Assembly (NCBI GenBank): GCA_965223565.1 | Contig: CBDCWV010000011.1 | Coordinates: 132,600-196,599, forward strand | From: Myxococcota bacterium | Lineage (GTDB): Bacteria; Myxococcota_A; UBA9160; UBA4427 | DNA length: 64,000 bases | Direction of reading: 5' to 3' | Part shown: positions 18,761-26,973 of the stretch, piece by piece | Numbering within the stretch: position 1 is the first letter of the stretch | How the letters are laid out: every line of letters starts with the position of its first letter | Made by a program: the position numbers and the translations under genes | The notes under the pieces: generated by a model | Told to the model about the DNA's origin: nothing | Database searches by the model: none | What the model saw: the letters and a program-made list of their open reading frames with translations, nothing else

Positions 18761-19165
18761 GTGATGCCCAACGTCATTCCGCCGACACCCGACGCCGACG
18801 ATCAGTATTTCTGGGATGGCGTGGCGAGAAAGGAGCTCCTGCTCCAGCGCTGCTCGTCGTGCGGAACCCTGCGCCAGCCCCCGTCGCCGATGTGCCCCGA
18901 TTGCTCGTCGCTCGAGTGGGAGACGCTGCCGGCTTCGGGTCGCGCGAAGGTCTACAGCTGGATCGCTTCGGCGCACCCGACCGAGCCGGACGCTGCGCCC
19001 CGGATCGTCGTTCTGCTCGACCTCGAAGAGGGCGTACGCTTCGTCTCCAATCTGGTCGAGACCACGCTCGACGAGGTGTTCTTCGGGCAGGACGTCGAGC
19101 TCGTCTTCGTCGACTACGACGGCCAGCGCCTACCGCAGTTTCGTCCCGCGTCGAAAGGCCAGTAG
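18761..19165 (+). CDS. Zn-ribbon/OB-fold protein (DUF35 family)
   Basis: 'CSSCGTLRQPPSPMCPDCSS' rubredoxin-like ribbon followed by an OB fold. GTG 18761 or ATG 18764 as start. Confidence 0.8.
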   Translation: MMPNVIPPTPDADDQYFWDGVARKELLLQRCSSCGTLRQPPSPMCPDCSSLEWETLPASGRAKVYSWIASAHPTEPDAAPRIVVLLDLEEGVRFVSNLVETTLDEVFFGQDVELVFVDYDGQRLPQFRPASKGQ

Positions 19166-19229
19166 GCATCCATCCGGAGTCGATTCGGCCTCGGTCGGGT
19201 CGCGAGTCGATTCGCAACTGGAGATTCCC

Positions 19230-20411
19230 GTGTCGAACGCCGTGGGCCCGGACGCTTCCTTTTCCGAACCTTCCCTCTCCGGCAAGGCCGCGATCGTCGG
19301 CATCGGTCAGACCGAGTTCTCGAAGGACTCCGGGCGGAGCGAGCTGCAGCTCGCGGCCGAGGCATCGCTCGCGGCGATCCGGGACGCCGGGCTGTCCCCG
19401 GCCGACATCGACGGGATGGCGACGTTCACGCTCGATACGAGCGACGAGCTCCTCCTGATGCGTGCGCTCGGGATCCCGGAAGTCAATTTCTGGTCGCGCG
19501 CCCCGCATGGCGGCGCGGGCGCCAACACGACCGTGATGCAGGCCGCCGCCGCCGTTGCGAGCGGCGCCGCCCGGCACGTGCTGATCTGGCGCGCCTTCAA
19601 CGAGCGCTCGGGGCGCCGCTTCGGCCAGCCCCAGGATCCGGGCACGACGGTCGGCTGGAACTGGTACCTGCCCTTCGGACTGGACACCCCGGCGAAGGTC
19701 TACTCGCTCACCTTCCAGCGCTACATGGACGCCTACGGCCTGACGAATGAGGACTTCGGTCACTACTCCGTCGTCGCGCGAAGGCACGCGGCCACGAATC
19801 CGGCTGCCTGGTTCTACGAGCGGCCGATCACGCTCGACGAACATCAGAGCTCGCGCTGGATCGTCGAGCCGATCCTTCGCCTGCTCGACTGTTGCCAGGA
19901 GAGCGACGGCGGTGTCGCGCTCGTCATCACGACGCGCGAGCGCGCTCGGGATCTACCGCAGGAGCCCGCCGTGCTCCGCGCGATCGTCGATAGCCAGCTC
20001 ATGAACGGACACGTGATGTTCAACTACTACCTCGACGACCACACACGCTACGACGAGTGCTATCGGGCGGCGGAACATCTCTGGAAGCTGAGTGGTCTCG
20101 GCCCGGCCGACATGGACGTCGCGACGATGTACGAGAATTTCAGCCCGATCGTCTTCATGCAGCTCGAGGGCTACGGCTTCTGCGGTCCGGGTGAGGCGAG
20201 TGACTTCATCAAGGACGGCCAGATCGGGCTCGAGGGCACGATTCCGGTGAATCCACACGGCGGCCTGCTCGGCGAGGCCTATATCCACGGCGTCAACAAT
20301 ATCCTCGAGGGCGTCCGACAGATCCGCGGCTCGGCCGCGAACCCGATTCCGAATGCACGAAACGTGCTCGTCGCCGGGGGCCGTGGTGGCATGATCCTCG
20401 GCTGCGACTGA
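19230..20411 (+). CDS. thiolase-like / SCP-x-type lipid-transfer protein
   Basis: In-frame GTG 19230 with GGAG at 19220-19223. 'AAIVGIGQTEFSKDSGRSELQLAAEASLAAIRDAGL', C-terminal 'NPHGGLLGEAYIHG'. Canonical partner of DUF35 proteins. Confidence 0.85.
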   Translation: MSNAVGPDASFSEPSLSGKAAIVGIGQTEFSKDSGRSELQLAAEASLAAIRDAGLSPADIDGMATFTLDTSDELLLMRALGIPEVNFWSRAPHGGAGANTTVMQAAAAVASGAARHVLIWRAFNERSGRRFGQPQDPGTTVGWNWYLPFGLDTPAKVYSLTFQRYMDAYGLTNEDFGHYSVVARRHAATNPAAWFYERPITLDEHQSSRWIVEPILRLLDCCQESDGGVALVITTRERARDLPQEPAVLRAIVDSQLMNGHVMFNYYLDDHTRYDECYRAAEHLWKLSGLGPADMDVATMYENFSPIVFMQLEGYGFCGPGEASDFIKDGQIGLEGTIPVNPHGGLLGEAYIHGVNNILEGVRQIRGSAANPIPNARNVLVAGGRGGMILGCD

Positions 20412-20435
20412 CGCACCCCGCCTCCTCGCGCCGGC

Positions 20436-21668
20436 TCAGTCGGTCACTCGCCCGCTCACGACGGGCTCGACGTCGTCGAGCGCGGTGAGCCCTTTCGTCT
20501 CGAGTGCCGCGATGGGCACGCGATGGACGACGACTTCGGGACCGCCCTGTGTCTGGATCAGGCGCAGGCTGAACACACCCGCTTCGTGCTCGAAGGAGTC
20601 GATCCAGTTGCCGCCGACCCGCGGATCCCGGTCTGCGATCACGGCGAGACAGGAGCCGTCGGGCTCGAGTGTCGCCGTGAACTTCGTGATGTAGCCCTGG
20701 CCGTCCTCGTAGACATCGAGATTCTCCTGCCAGCGATTGCAGACCTGCAGGATCCAGTGCTCGCACTCGGTCGGCGTGAATCGAACGACGAGCGCCTCGT
20801 CCGATCCCCTCTGCCAGCAGCCGAACCCGTGCAGCCGATCGAGCACACCGCCGTTGCTCAGATAGGTCGACTCCGAGAATTCGATCTCGTTCGGCCGCTT
20901 CGACAGGTTGTTCTGCCACCAGGCGCGCACGAGCTCTGCATAGCCGAGCACGATCTGGCCGGCCTTGGCCAGCCCCTCACTCATCTCCGCCGGTCGGATC
21001 GGTCGCGGCCGCGGCGCGTCGAGACGTTCGATCCGCAGCGTCGGCGGAACCTCCTTCGATCGATCGCTGTAGACCGTACGAATCAACACCCCGGTCGTCT
21101 CGGGCGCGAGGCCGAGCCAATTTCCATCCTGCGGCTTCTGACTCAGGACCACCTCGAAGCGACCGTCGTCGTCGAACGCGAGATCGCGACTGGAGAGAAA
21201 CGAGGTCGTCGTCAGATTCGTCGGATCGAACTCCGCGAGCCCGTCGACGCCACGCGGCGCCCAGCTCCTTGCGCCCAGATCCCGGGGCTGCGGCGCGCTC
21301 CAGGTCGCCATCACGAAATAGGGGATCGTGCCGCGCTCACCCGTGATCCGGTATTCGTGTCGGCCATCCACGAACTCGCACATCAAGTGGTCCTGATCCG
21401 GGCTCTGGACGTTGATGCTCTGGCGCCAGGGCGCGTCCCGGAGCCGAGGTCGCTCGGGCTCGCAATTCTCGACCATTCGCTCGCAGCCATTGCGGATCAT
21501 TCGCGTCAGGAACCGGTACCACTCGGCTCGCTCCTGATCGCTCGGCTCGTCGCCGAAGGCCTCGATCACGCGACCCGCCGTCTTCAGGGTGTCGCAGAAA
21601 TCTTCCCAGGCCTCCCCCCGCACGAGTCGTCCACCTGCCTCGCCGTCTGTCGTCGTCGCTTCGCGCAT
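20436..21668 (-). CDS. uncharacterised protein, DUF1214-like (paralogue 3 of 3, most divergent)
   Basis: 410 aa. 'GRHEYRITGERG' and 'DGSCLAVIADRDPRVGGNWIDSFEHEAGVFSLRL' align with the motifs of the other two copies. Confidence 0.7.
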   Translation of the reverse strand: MREATTTDGEAGGRLVRGEAWEDFCDTLKTAGRVIEAFGDEPSDQERAEWYRFLTRMIRNGCERMVENCEPERPRLRDAPWRQSINVQSPDQDHLMCEFVDGRHEYRITGERGTIPYFVMATWSAPQPRDLGARSWAPRGVDGLAEFDPTNLTTTSFLSSRDLAFDDDGRFEVVLSQKPQDGNWLGLAPETTGVLIRTVYSDRSKEVPPTLRIERLDAPRPRPIRPAEMSEGLAKAGQIVLGYAELVRAWWQNNLSKRPNEIEFSESTYLSNGGVLDRLHGFGCWQRGSDEALVVRFTPTECEHWILQVCNRWQENLDVYEDGQGYITKFTATLEPDGSCLAVIADRDPRVGGNWIDSFEHEAGVFSLRLIQTQGGPEVVVHRVPIAALETKGLTALDDVEPVVSGRVTD

Positions 21669-21866
21669 GGTCGTGATCGCCTCCTCGTCGCCCGATCCCC
21701 TGACCGAGTCGTCGGGTCACCCGCCGACCCGACGGCGACCGCACTCGGGTCTCGGCAAGACCGTCTATCGTCGTCCCGTCGACCGACGGTCACGATAGGC
21801 GAACGTCGCGGGGCGTGCCGAAGCGCGTGCCTGGGCTATCCAATCCGACACGAGGAGGCCGATCCG

Positions 21867-22757
21867 ATGTCGACACACGGAGTTCTTCGAGCGGACGCCG
21901 CTTCGCACACGAGCGAGCCCGAGATCGTACCGCTCGCCGCGGGATTCGGCGCGCGCGTGACGGGTGTCTCCCTCGCCTCGGGCCTCTCCGATCGCGAGAC
22001 GGAGACGATCCTCGACGCCTGGGCGCGCCACTCGGTCTTGATCTTTCCCGACCAGCCGCTCTCGCTCGACGAGCTCGAGTCGTTTACGCGATCACTCGGC
22101 GAATTCGGCCACGACCCGTTCATCGAGCCGCTCGCGGATCACCCCCACGTGCTCGAGCTGCGTCGCGAGCCCGATGAGAAACCGACGCAGTTCGGCGCGG
22201 CCTGGCATTCGGATTGGAGCTTCCAGGCCCAGCCTCCGAGCGGCACGATCCTGCACGCCAAGATCGTCCCGCCCACCGGCGGAGACACGCTCTACGCCGA
22301 CACCCAGCGTGCTTGGGAAGCCCTCTCGCCCACGATGCAGCGGCTGCTCGACGGCCTCGAGGCCACGCATAGCGCCGGCTTCGCCTACGGTCCGAAGGGC
22401 GTGCTCGCAAAGGATGCCGACGCGCGGACGATGAAGATCATCGTCTCCGAGGAAGCCGAGGCGAGTCAGACGCACCCCCTCGTGCGGACGCATCCCGCTA
22501 CGGGCCGCAAGGCACTCTTCGTGAATCCCGTCTATACGGTCGGGATCGTCGGCCTCAGCGCGGCGGAAAATTTCACGCTGCTGAAATTCCTCTACGACCA
22601 CATGGTCCAGGACGCGTTCGTCTATCGGCACGTGTGGCGGCCGGACATGCTCGTGCTCTGGGACAACCGCAGCACGATGCATTTCGCCGACGGCGGCTAC
22701 GACGGCCATCGACGCGTCATGCACCGAACGACGCTCGCGGGTGAGCGTCCTTTCTGA
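21867..22757 (+). CDS. TauD/TfdA-family Fe(II)/2-oxoglutarate dioxygenase
   Basis: ATG 21867 after GAGGAGG. 'WHSDWSF' (HxD facial triad), 'HPLVRTHPATGRKALFVN', 'WDNRSTMH'. The 448-codon upstream part of the track ORF is antisense to the DUF1214-like gene. Confidence 0.9.
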   Translation: MSTHGVLRADAASHTSEPEIVPLAAGFGARVTGVSLASGLSDRETETILDAWARHSVLIFPDQPLSLDELESFTRSLGEFGHDPFIEPLADHPHVLELRREPDEKPTQFGAAWHSDWSFQAQPPSGTILHAKIVPPTGGDTLYADTQRAWEALSPTMQRLLDGLEATHSAGFAYGPKGVLAKDADARTMKIIVSEEAEASQTHPLVRTHPATGRKALFVNPVYTVGIVGLSAAENFTLLKFLYDHMVQDAFVYRHVWRPDMLVLWDNRSTMHFADGGYDGHRRVMHRTTLAGERPF

Positions 22758-22791
22758 GGCCGCCGCCCTGCTGAGGTCGCCGCCGCGCGGC

Positions 22792-23262
22792 TCAGTCGCC
22801 GATCATTCCGGCGAGATACGCCTCGCGACCGATTTGCTGGACGAGACTGAGCTGGGTCTCGTGCCAATCGACGGACTCCTCCTCCTCTTTGAGCAGCTGT
22901 GCCAGGAGGTCGCGTGTTCCGTTGTCGACCTGCTCGCGCGCGAGCGAGACGCCGTCGTTCAATCGTTTGACGGCCTCGAGCTCCAGGGCGAGGTCGAGCT
23001 CGTGCTGCTCGATCGGGTCTTCGCCGACGCGCACGGGATTCATCCGCTGCATGTTCGGAACGCCATCGAAGTAGAGGATCCGCGCGATCACCTGGTCGGC
23101 GTGCTTCATCTCCTCGATCGATTCTTCGTACTTCTTGTCCGAGAGCCGCTTGTAGCCCCAGTTCTCACACATCTTGTGATGGATGAAATACTGATTGATC
23201 GCGGTCAGCTCCGCGGTCAGGACGTCGTTCAACACCTCGATGATCTCGGCGCTACTCTTCAT
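22792..23262 (-). CDS. bfr: bacterioferritin
   Basis: 156 aa. 'VLNDVLTAELTAINQYFIHHKMCENWGY', 'EESIEEMKHADQ' (haem-ligand Met region), 'EEEESVDWHETQL'. Confidence 0.95.
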   Translation of the reverse strand: MKSSAEIIEVLNDVLTAELTAINQYFIHHKMCENWGYKRLSDKKYEESIEEMKHADQVIARILYFDGVPNMQRMNPVRVGEDPIEQHELDLALELEAVKRLNDGVSLAREQVDNGTRDLLAQLLKEEEESVDWHETQLSLVQQIGREAYLAGMIGD

Positions 23263-23292
23263 TCGGGATTCCCTCCTCTGCGACTCGGAAGC

Positions 23293-24753
23293 CTAGCTTC
23301 TCGCGACGTGTCGGCCCGCACGCCGGCCGAAAAACGTCGACTCGCCGATACAGGTACCGCTCGAATAGCCCGTGCCGTCCTGAGCGATATTGGACGCGCA
23401 GCCACCAATCGCGTAGAGGCCCGGAATCGTCCCGCCCCCTTCTCTCACGACCTCGCCATCGACCGTGACGTCGAGTCCGCCGAGCGTGAACGCCATGTAG
23501 GTGGCCGCACCGACGGACGCATCGAGCGCGGCGTAGGGCGGCGTATCGAGTGGCTGGAGCCACTTCTTTCCCTTGTGGAACTCGGGATCTTCGCCGCGGG
23601 TGGCATGCTCGTTGTAGTCGGCGAGCGTCTTCTGGAGCGCCCCCGTCGGCATACCGAGTGCCGTCTCCATCTCCGCCACCGATTCGAACGCATCGACGAG
23701 CGGGTAGGCCCCGTAGTGCGGCGGATCCGGCGAATAGGTCTTCTCGTCGAGGATCAGCCAGCCCGTCCGATCGGTCTGCTGCGTCGTGAAGATGCTCGAG
23801 CGCGAGTGATAGGAATCCTCCGCGACGAAGCGTCGCCCTTCCTTGTTCACGAGAATCCCCTTGATGTGACTCTCCGGGGGATAGAAGGCCGCCGAGATGA
23901 GCGCGCCGTCCATGTGCTTGAGAACGCCACCCGCCGCCTTGCCTAGCTGGTGCCCGGCGCCGTCGTCGTACGGTGTGAACTGACGCGTGTAGCCCTCGTC
24001 GAGCAGCTCCGGAAGGTACGCCTCGAGCAATTCTTCGTTCTGCGTGAACTGACCGGCCGCCAGGATCACGCCCTTGTGCGCGCGCACGGCACCCTTCTCC
24101 TCGCCGAAGACGCGATACCGAACGCCGACGATGCGGTCATTCTCGCGCACGAGCTGGTGGACCTGTGCGTCGTAGACCATACGAACGCCCAGGGCTTCGG
24201 CGCGCGCGGTCAGACACTCCATCATCTTCGCGCCCCCGAGCTCGCCGACCTGGGCAACCTTGTGCCCGCGAGGTGCCGGCTTCGCCTTCTCACGGAAGGG
24301 ATGGACCTCCTCGTTGCCCGACCAAATCAGACATTCGTCGGTCATCTGAAGGACGTGCTTGCCCTTGTACATCGTGTCGTTGAAGGGAACGCCCTGAGCG
24401 ACGAGCCAATCGAAATGGCTGACGCTCTGCTCGCAGTAGAGACGGATCTTCTCCTCGTCGGGCTCGGGCGTGTTCATCATCAGGTACGTGAACATGTCCT
24501 CGACAGTGTCGTCGACGCCGACCGCCTTCTGCACGCGCGTGCCACCGCCGAGATAGAGATGGCCCGCGGCCATGCCCGTGACACCACCACCGCCGCTCGC
24601 CCGTTCGAGGACGAGCACGTCGGCACCCGCCTCGCGCGCCTCGATCGCCGCACAGACACCGGCGCAACCGAGACCCACGATCACGACGTCTGCCTCGTCG
24701 TCGAAGCGCGGGACCTCACTCGCCTCGATGACCCCGTAATCCCCTCTACCCAT
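23293..24753 (-). CDS. FAD-dependent oxidoreductase (KstD / fumarate-reductase-flavoprotein-like)
   Basis: ATG 24753. 'DVVIVGLGCAGVCAAIEAREAGADVLVLER' dinucleotide fold; C-terminal 'IPGLYAIGGCA'. Confidence 0.85.
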   Translation of the reverse strand: MGRGDYGVIEASEVPRFDDEADVVIVGLGCAGVCAAIEAREAGADVLVLERASGGGGVTGMAAGHLYLGGGTRVQKAVGVDDTVEDMFTYLMMNTPEPDEEKIRLYCEQSVSHFDWLVAQGVPFNDTMYKGKHVLQMTDECLIWSGNEEVHPFREKAKPAPRGHKVAQVGELGGAKMMECLTARAEALGVRMVYDAQVHQLVRENDRIVGVRYRVFGEEKGAVRAHKGVILAAGQFTQNEELLEAYLPELLDEGYTRQFTPYDDGAGHQLGKAAGGVLKHMDGALISAAFYPPESHIKGILVNKEGRRFVAEDSYHSRSSIFTTQQTDRTGWLILDEKTYSPDPPHYGAYPLVDAFESVAEMETALGMPTGALQKTLADYNEHATRGEDPEFHKGKKWLQPLDTPPYAALDASVGAATYMAFTLGGLDVTVDGEVVREGGGTIPGLYAIGGCASNIAQDGTGYSSGTCIGESTFFGRRAGRHVARS

Positions 24754-25087
24754 GTTTCGATCCCCCGGATGCGTCACCGGCACCCTGGCCGGAGGCGGAG
24801 TCTAACGCAGGCGGATCCGGCCGCGCGCGATCGGTTCCAGATCGGATCGCGGACACGCTCGAGAGTGTCGAGACGACATAGGGAACGATCGGTGTCAGGA
24901 GGAGCTTCACGAGGCGAACGCCGTCGACGTCCCCACGCAACAGCGCATCACCGTGATTGATCGCGATCAGCAGCCCTCCGACGACCACGAGGTACACCAT
25001 CGCCCGCCGAACGACCGGCCCGGAGAGCGCCACTGCCCACCAGGACGCACCCGAATCCTCTGCCCCGCAACCCGGCCCGTCGTCCAT
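24746..25087 (-). CDS. small membrane protein, NrtS-like (putative nitrate/nitrite transporter family)
   Basis: 'VVRRAMVYLVVVGGLLIAINHGDALL...KLLLTPIVPYVVSTLSSV' resembles the NrtS family signature as I remember it. Its 3' end overlaps the flavoprotein start by 8 nt. Confidence 0.5.
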   Translation of the reverse strand: MDDGPGCGAEDSGASWWAVALSGPVVRRAMVYLVVVGGLLIAINHGDALLRGDVDGVRLVKLLLTPIVPYVVSTLSSVSAIRSGTDRARPDPPALDSASGQGAGDASGGSKHG

Positions 25088-25289
25088 CCCCGTACCCCCA
25101 GCGACACGCCCCGCGCGCCTCGGACCCCGCTACTCTCGAAGGGAGATACCGACTCGCGGTGGGTACCGCTACGGATCGCGACACCGCGGCGCACAGGATT
25201 GCGGTCTTCGCGCCTCCCGACGCGGCGCGACCGAAGCACGGGCTCGAGATCACACGCTGACGACGACCCCAACGACGGAAAGGAACGCT

Positions 25290-25880
25290 TTGGACGCCGA
25301 GGCACTCGACGAGATCATTCGCAAGCGCCGTACGATCAAGCCGCCCATGATGAGCGATCGGCCCGTCGCCCAGGCCGATCTGGACGCGATCCTCGAGAAC
25401 GCGAATTGGGCCCCGACTCACGGCAAGACGGAGCCCTGGCGCTTCAGGATCTACCGGGCCGAGTCCGCTCGCGCCAAGCTGGCCGACGGCCTCGCCGCGC
25501 TATACGAGACCGCCCTCGCTCCCGAAGAACAGAAGGAGGGCAAGGCCGACAAGCTGCGCAAGATGGCGAGACTCGCACCCGTCGTGATCCTGGTCTGGAT
25601 GAAGCGCCAGACGATCGAGAAGATCCGCGAGCTCGAGGAGATCGAAGCGGTCGCCTGCGCGGTCCAGAACATGCATCTCACGGCGGCGGCGCGGGGGCTC
25701 GGCGCTTTCTGGTCGACGCCCCCCTTCATCTACCGGCCGCAGATGAACGAGTGGCTGGGAATCGGGGAGAAAGACCGCTGTCTCGGCATCTTCTACCTCG
25801 GCCATCCCGCCGAGAGCGAGCCGTGGCCCGAAGGCGGCCGGCGCGGGATCGCACGAAAGGTCGAGTACGTCGACGACTGA
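25290..25880 (+). CDS. nitroreductase family protein
   Basis: In-frame TTG 25290 after GGAAAGGAA. 'LDAEALDEIIRKRRTIKP...ILENANWAPTHGKTEPWRF'. The upstream part of the track ORF is antisense to the NrtS-like gene. Confidence 0.8.
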   Translation: MDAEALDEIIRKRRTIKPPMMSDRPVAQADLDAILENANWAPTHGKTEPWRFRIYRAESARAKLADGLAALYETALAPEEQKEGKADKLRKMARLAPVVILVWMKRQTIEKIRELEEIEAVACAVQNMHLTAAARGLGAFWSTPPFIYRPQMNEWLGIGEKDRCLGIFYLGHPAESEPWPEGGRRGIARKVEYVDD

Positions 25881-25893
25881 GCCTGCGCGGCGG

Positions 25894-26922
25894 TCAGGGC
25901 TGGACCAGCACCTTGCATTCGGTCGACGGATTCCGGAGTGCCTCGAAGGCACGCGGCAGATCGTCGAGCGCGATCCGATCCGTGACCATCGGCAGCGGAT
26001 CGATCCGCTCGGCCGCCAGCATGTCGACCGTCAGCTGGTAGTTCTGATGCGTGTAGTACGAGACGAATCGCATCGTCAACTCCTTCGTGCCGAAGACGAG
26101 CGGCATGAAGTGATCCTGCGCCATGCACATTCCAGCGGAGAGGATCCGCGCGCCGCGATCCACGATGAGCGAGATCGCGTGCACGACGTCGGGTCGCCCG
26201 ACGCATTCGAAGGCCAGCCGCGGCGCGTGGCCCGCGATCCGCTCGAAAGCCGGCCCGAGCTCCTCGCGACCCGGGTCGATCGAAGCGGTCGCGCCGTAGG
26301 CCTCCGCGAGCGCTCGCCGATGGGGCGCATAGTCGCTCACGACGACTTCGCGCGCGCCCAGCAGCTTCGCCCAGATCGCGCACGCGAGTCCGACCGGACC
26401 AGCCCCGACGATCAGCACGTCCTCCCCGGTCTCGAGCCCGGCCCGATCGACGGCGTGTAGACCGACCGCGAGCGGCTCGACGGTCGCGCCGTCGGCGCTC
26501 GTCAGATTCTCGGGCAGGCGGAACGTCATCCGGTCGCCGCCGATCGCGTACTCGGCATAGCCGCCGCCGATGTCTCCGAAGCCGGTCATGCGCAACGCCG
26601 CACAACCCATCACGTCGCCCGAAACGCAACGCTCGCAGGTGCCGCAGCTGATTCCGGGCATCGTGCAGACGCGATCCCCCTCACGCCACGGCCCATCGGG
26701 CCCCTTCGCCCCCTTTCCGACCGCCACGATCTCGCCGGCGAACTCATGCCCCATGACCGCACCCCGCGGTACGGCACCACCGAGCTCGGTCACGTGCAGG
26801 TCGGAGCCGCAGATGCCGCAGCCCTTCACGGCCAGGAGGACCTCGCCGGGACCCGGCGTCGGGTCTGGCACGTCGTGGATCTCGAGCGGCTTTCCGGACT
26901 CCTGGAAGCAAGCGGCACGCAT
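25894..26922 (-). CDS. zinc-dependent alcohol dehydrogenase (MDR family)
   Basis: ATG 26922 after GAGGAG. 'CGICGSDLH', 'GHEFAGEIVAVG', 'CGTCERC', 'VGAGPVG'. Confidence 0.9.
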   Translation of the reverse strand: MRAACFQESGKPLEIHDVPDPTPGPGEVLLAVKGCGICGSDLHVTELGGAVPRGAVMGHEFAGEIVAVGKGAKGPDGPWREGDRVCTMPGISCGTCERCVSGDVMGCAALRMTGFGDIGGGYAEYAIGGDRMTFRLPENLTSADGATVEPLAVGLHAVDRAGLETGEDVLIVGAGPVGLACAIWAKLLGAREVVVSDYAPHRRALAEAYGATASIDPGREELGPAFERIAGHAPRLAFECVGRPDVVHAISLIVDRGARILSAGMCMAQDHFMPLVFGTKELTMRFVSYYTHQNYQLTVDMLAAERIDPLPMVTDRIALDDLPRAFEALRNPSTECKVLVQP

Positions 26923-26973
26923 GAAGAATCTCCTCTTCTCGATCGTAGCCCGCGCCTCCTCTATCGTGGGGCG

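Noticed and set aside
20523-21866. 448-codon N-terminal extension that would make the TauD protein 744 aa
   Set aside because: The extension is antisense to the third DUF1214-like gene. A GAGGAGG-preceded ATG at 21867 gives a normal-length (296 aa) TauD.
22792-23262. bfr looks less GC-rich than its neighbours: horizontal acquisition?
   Set aside because: The difference is modest and is explained by the Lys/Glu/Ile/Asn-rich composition of a highly conserved protein. Codon third positions still look GC-biased, and there are no flanking mobility signatures.
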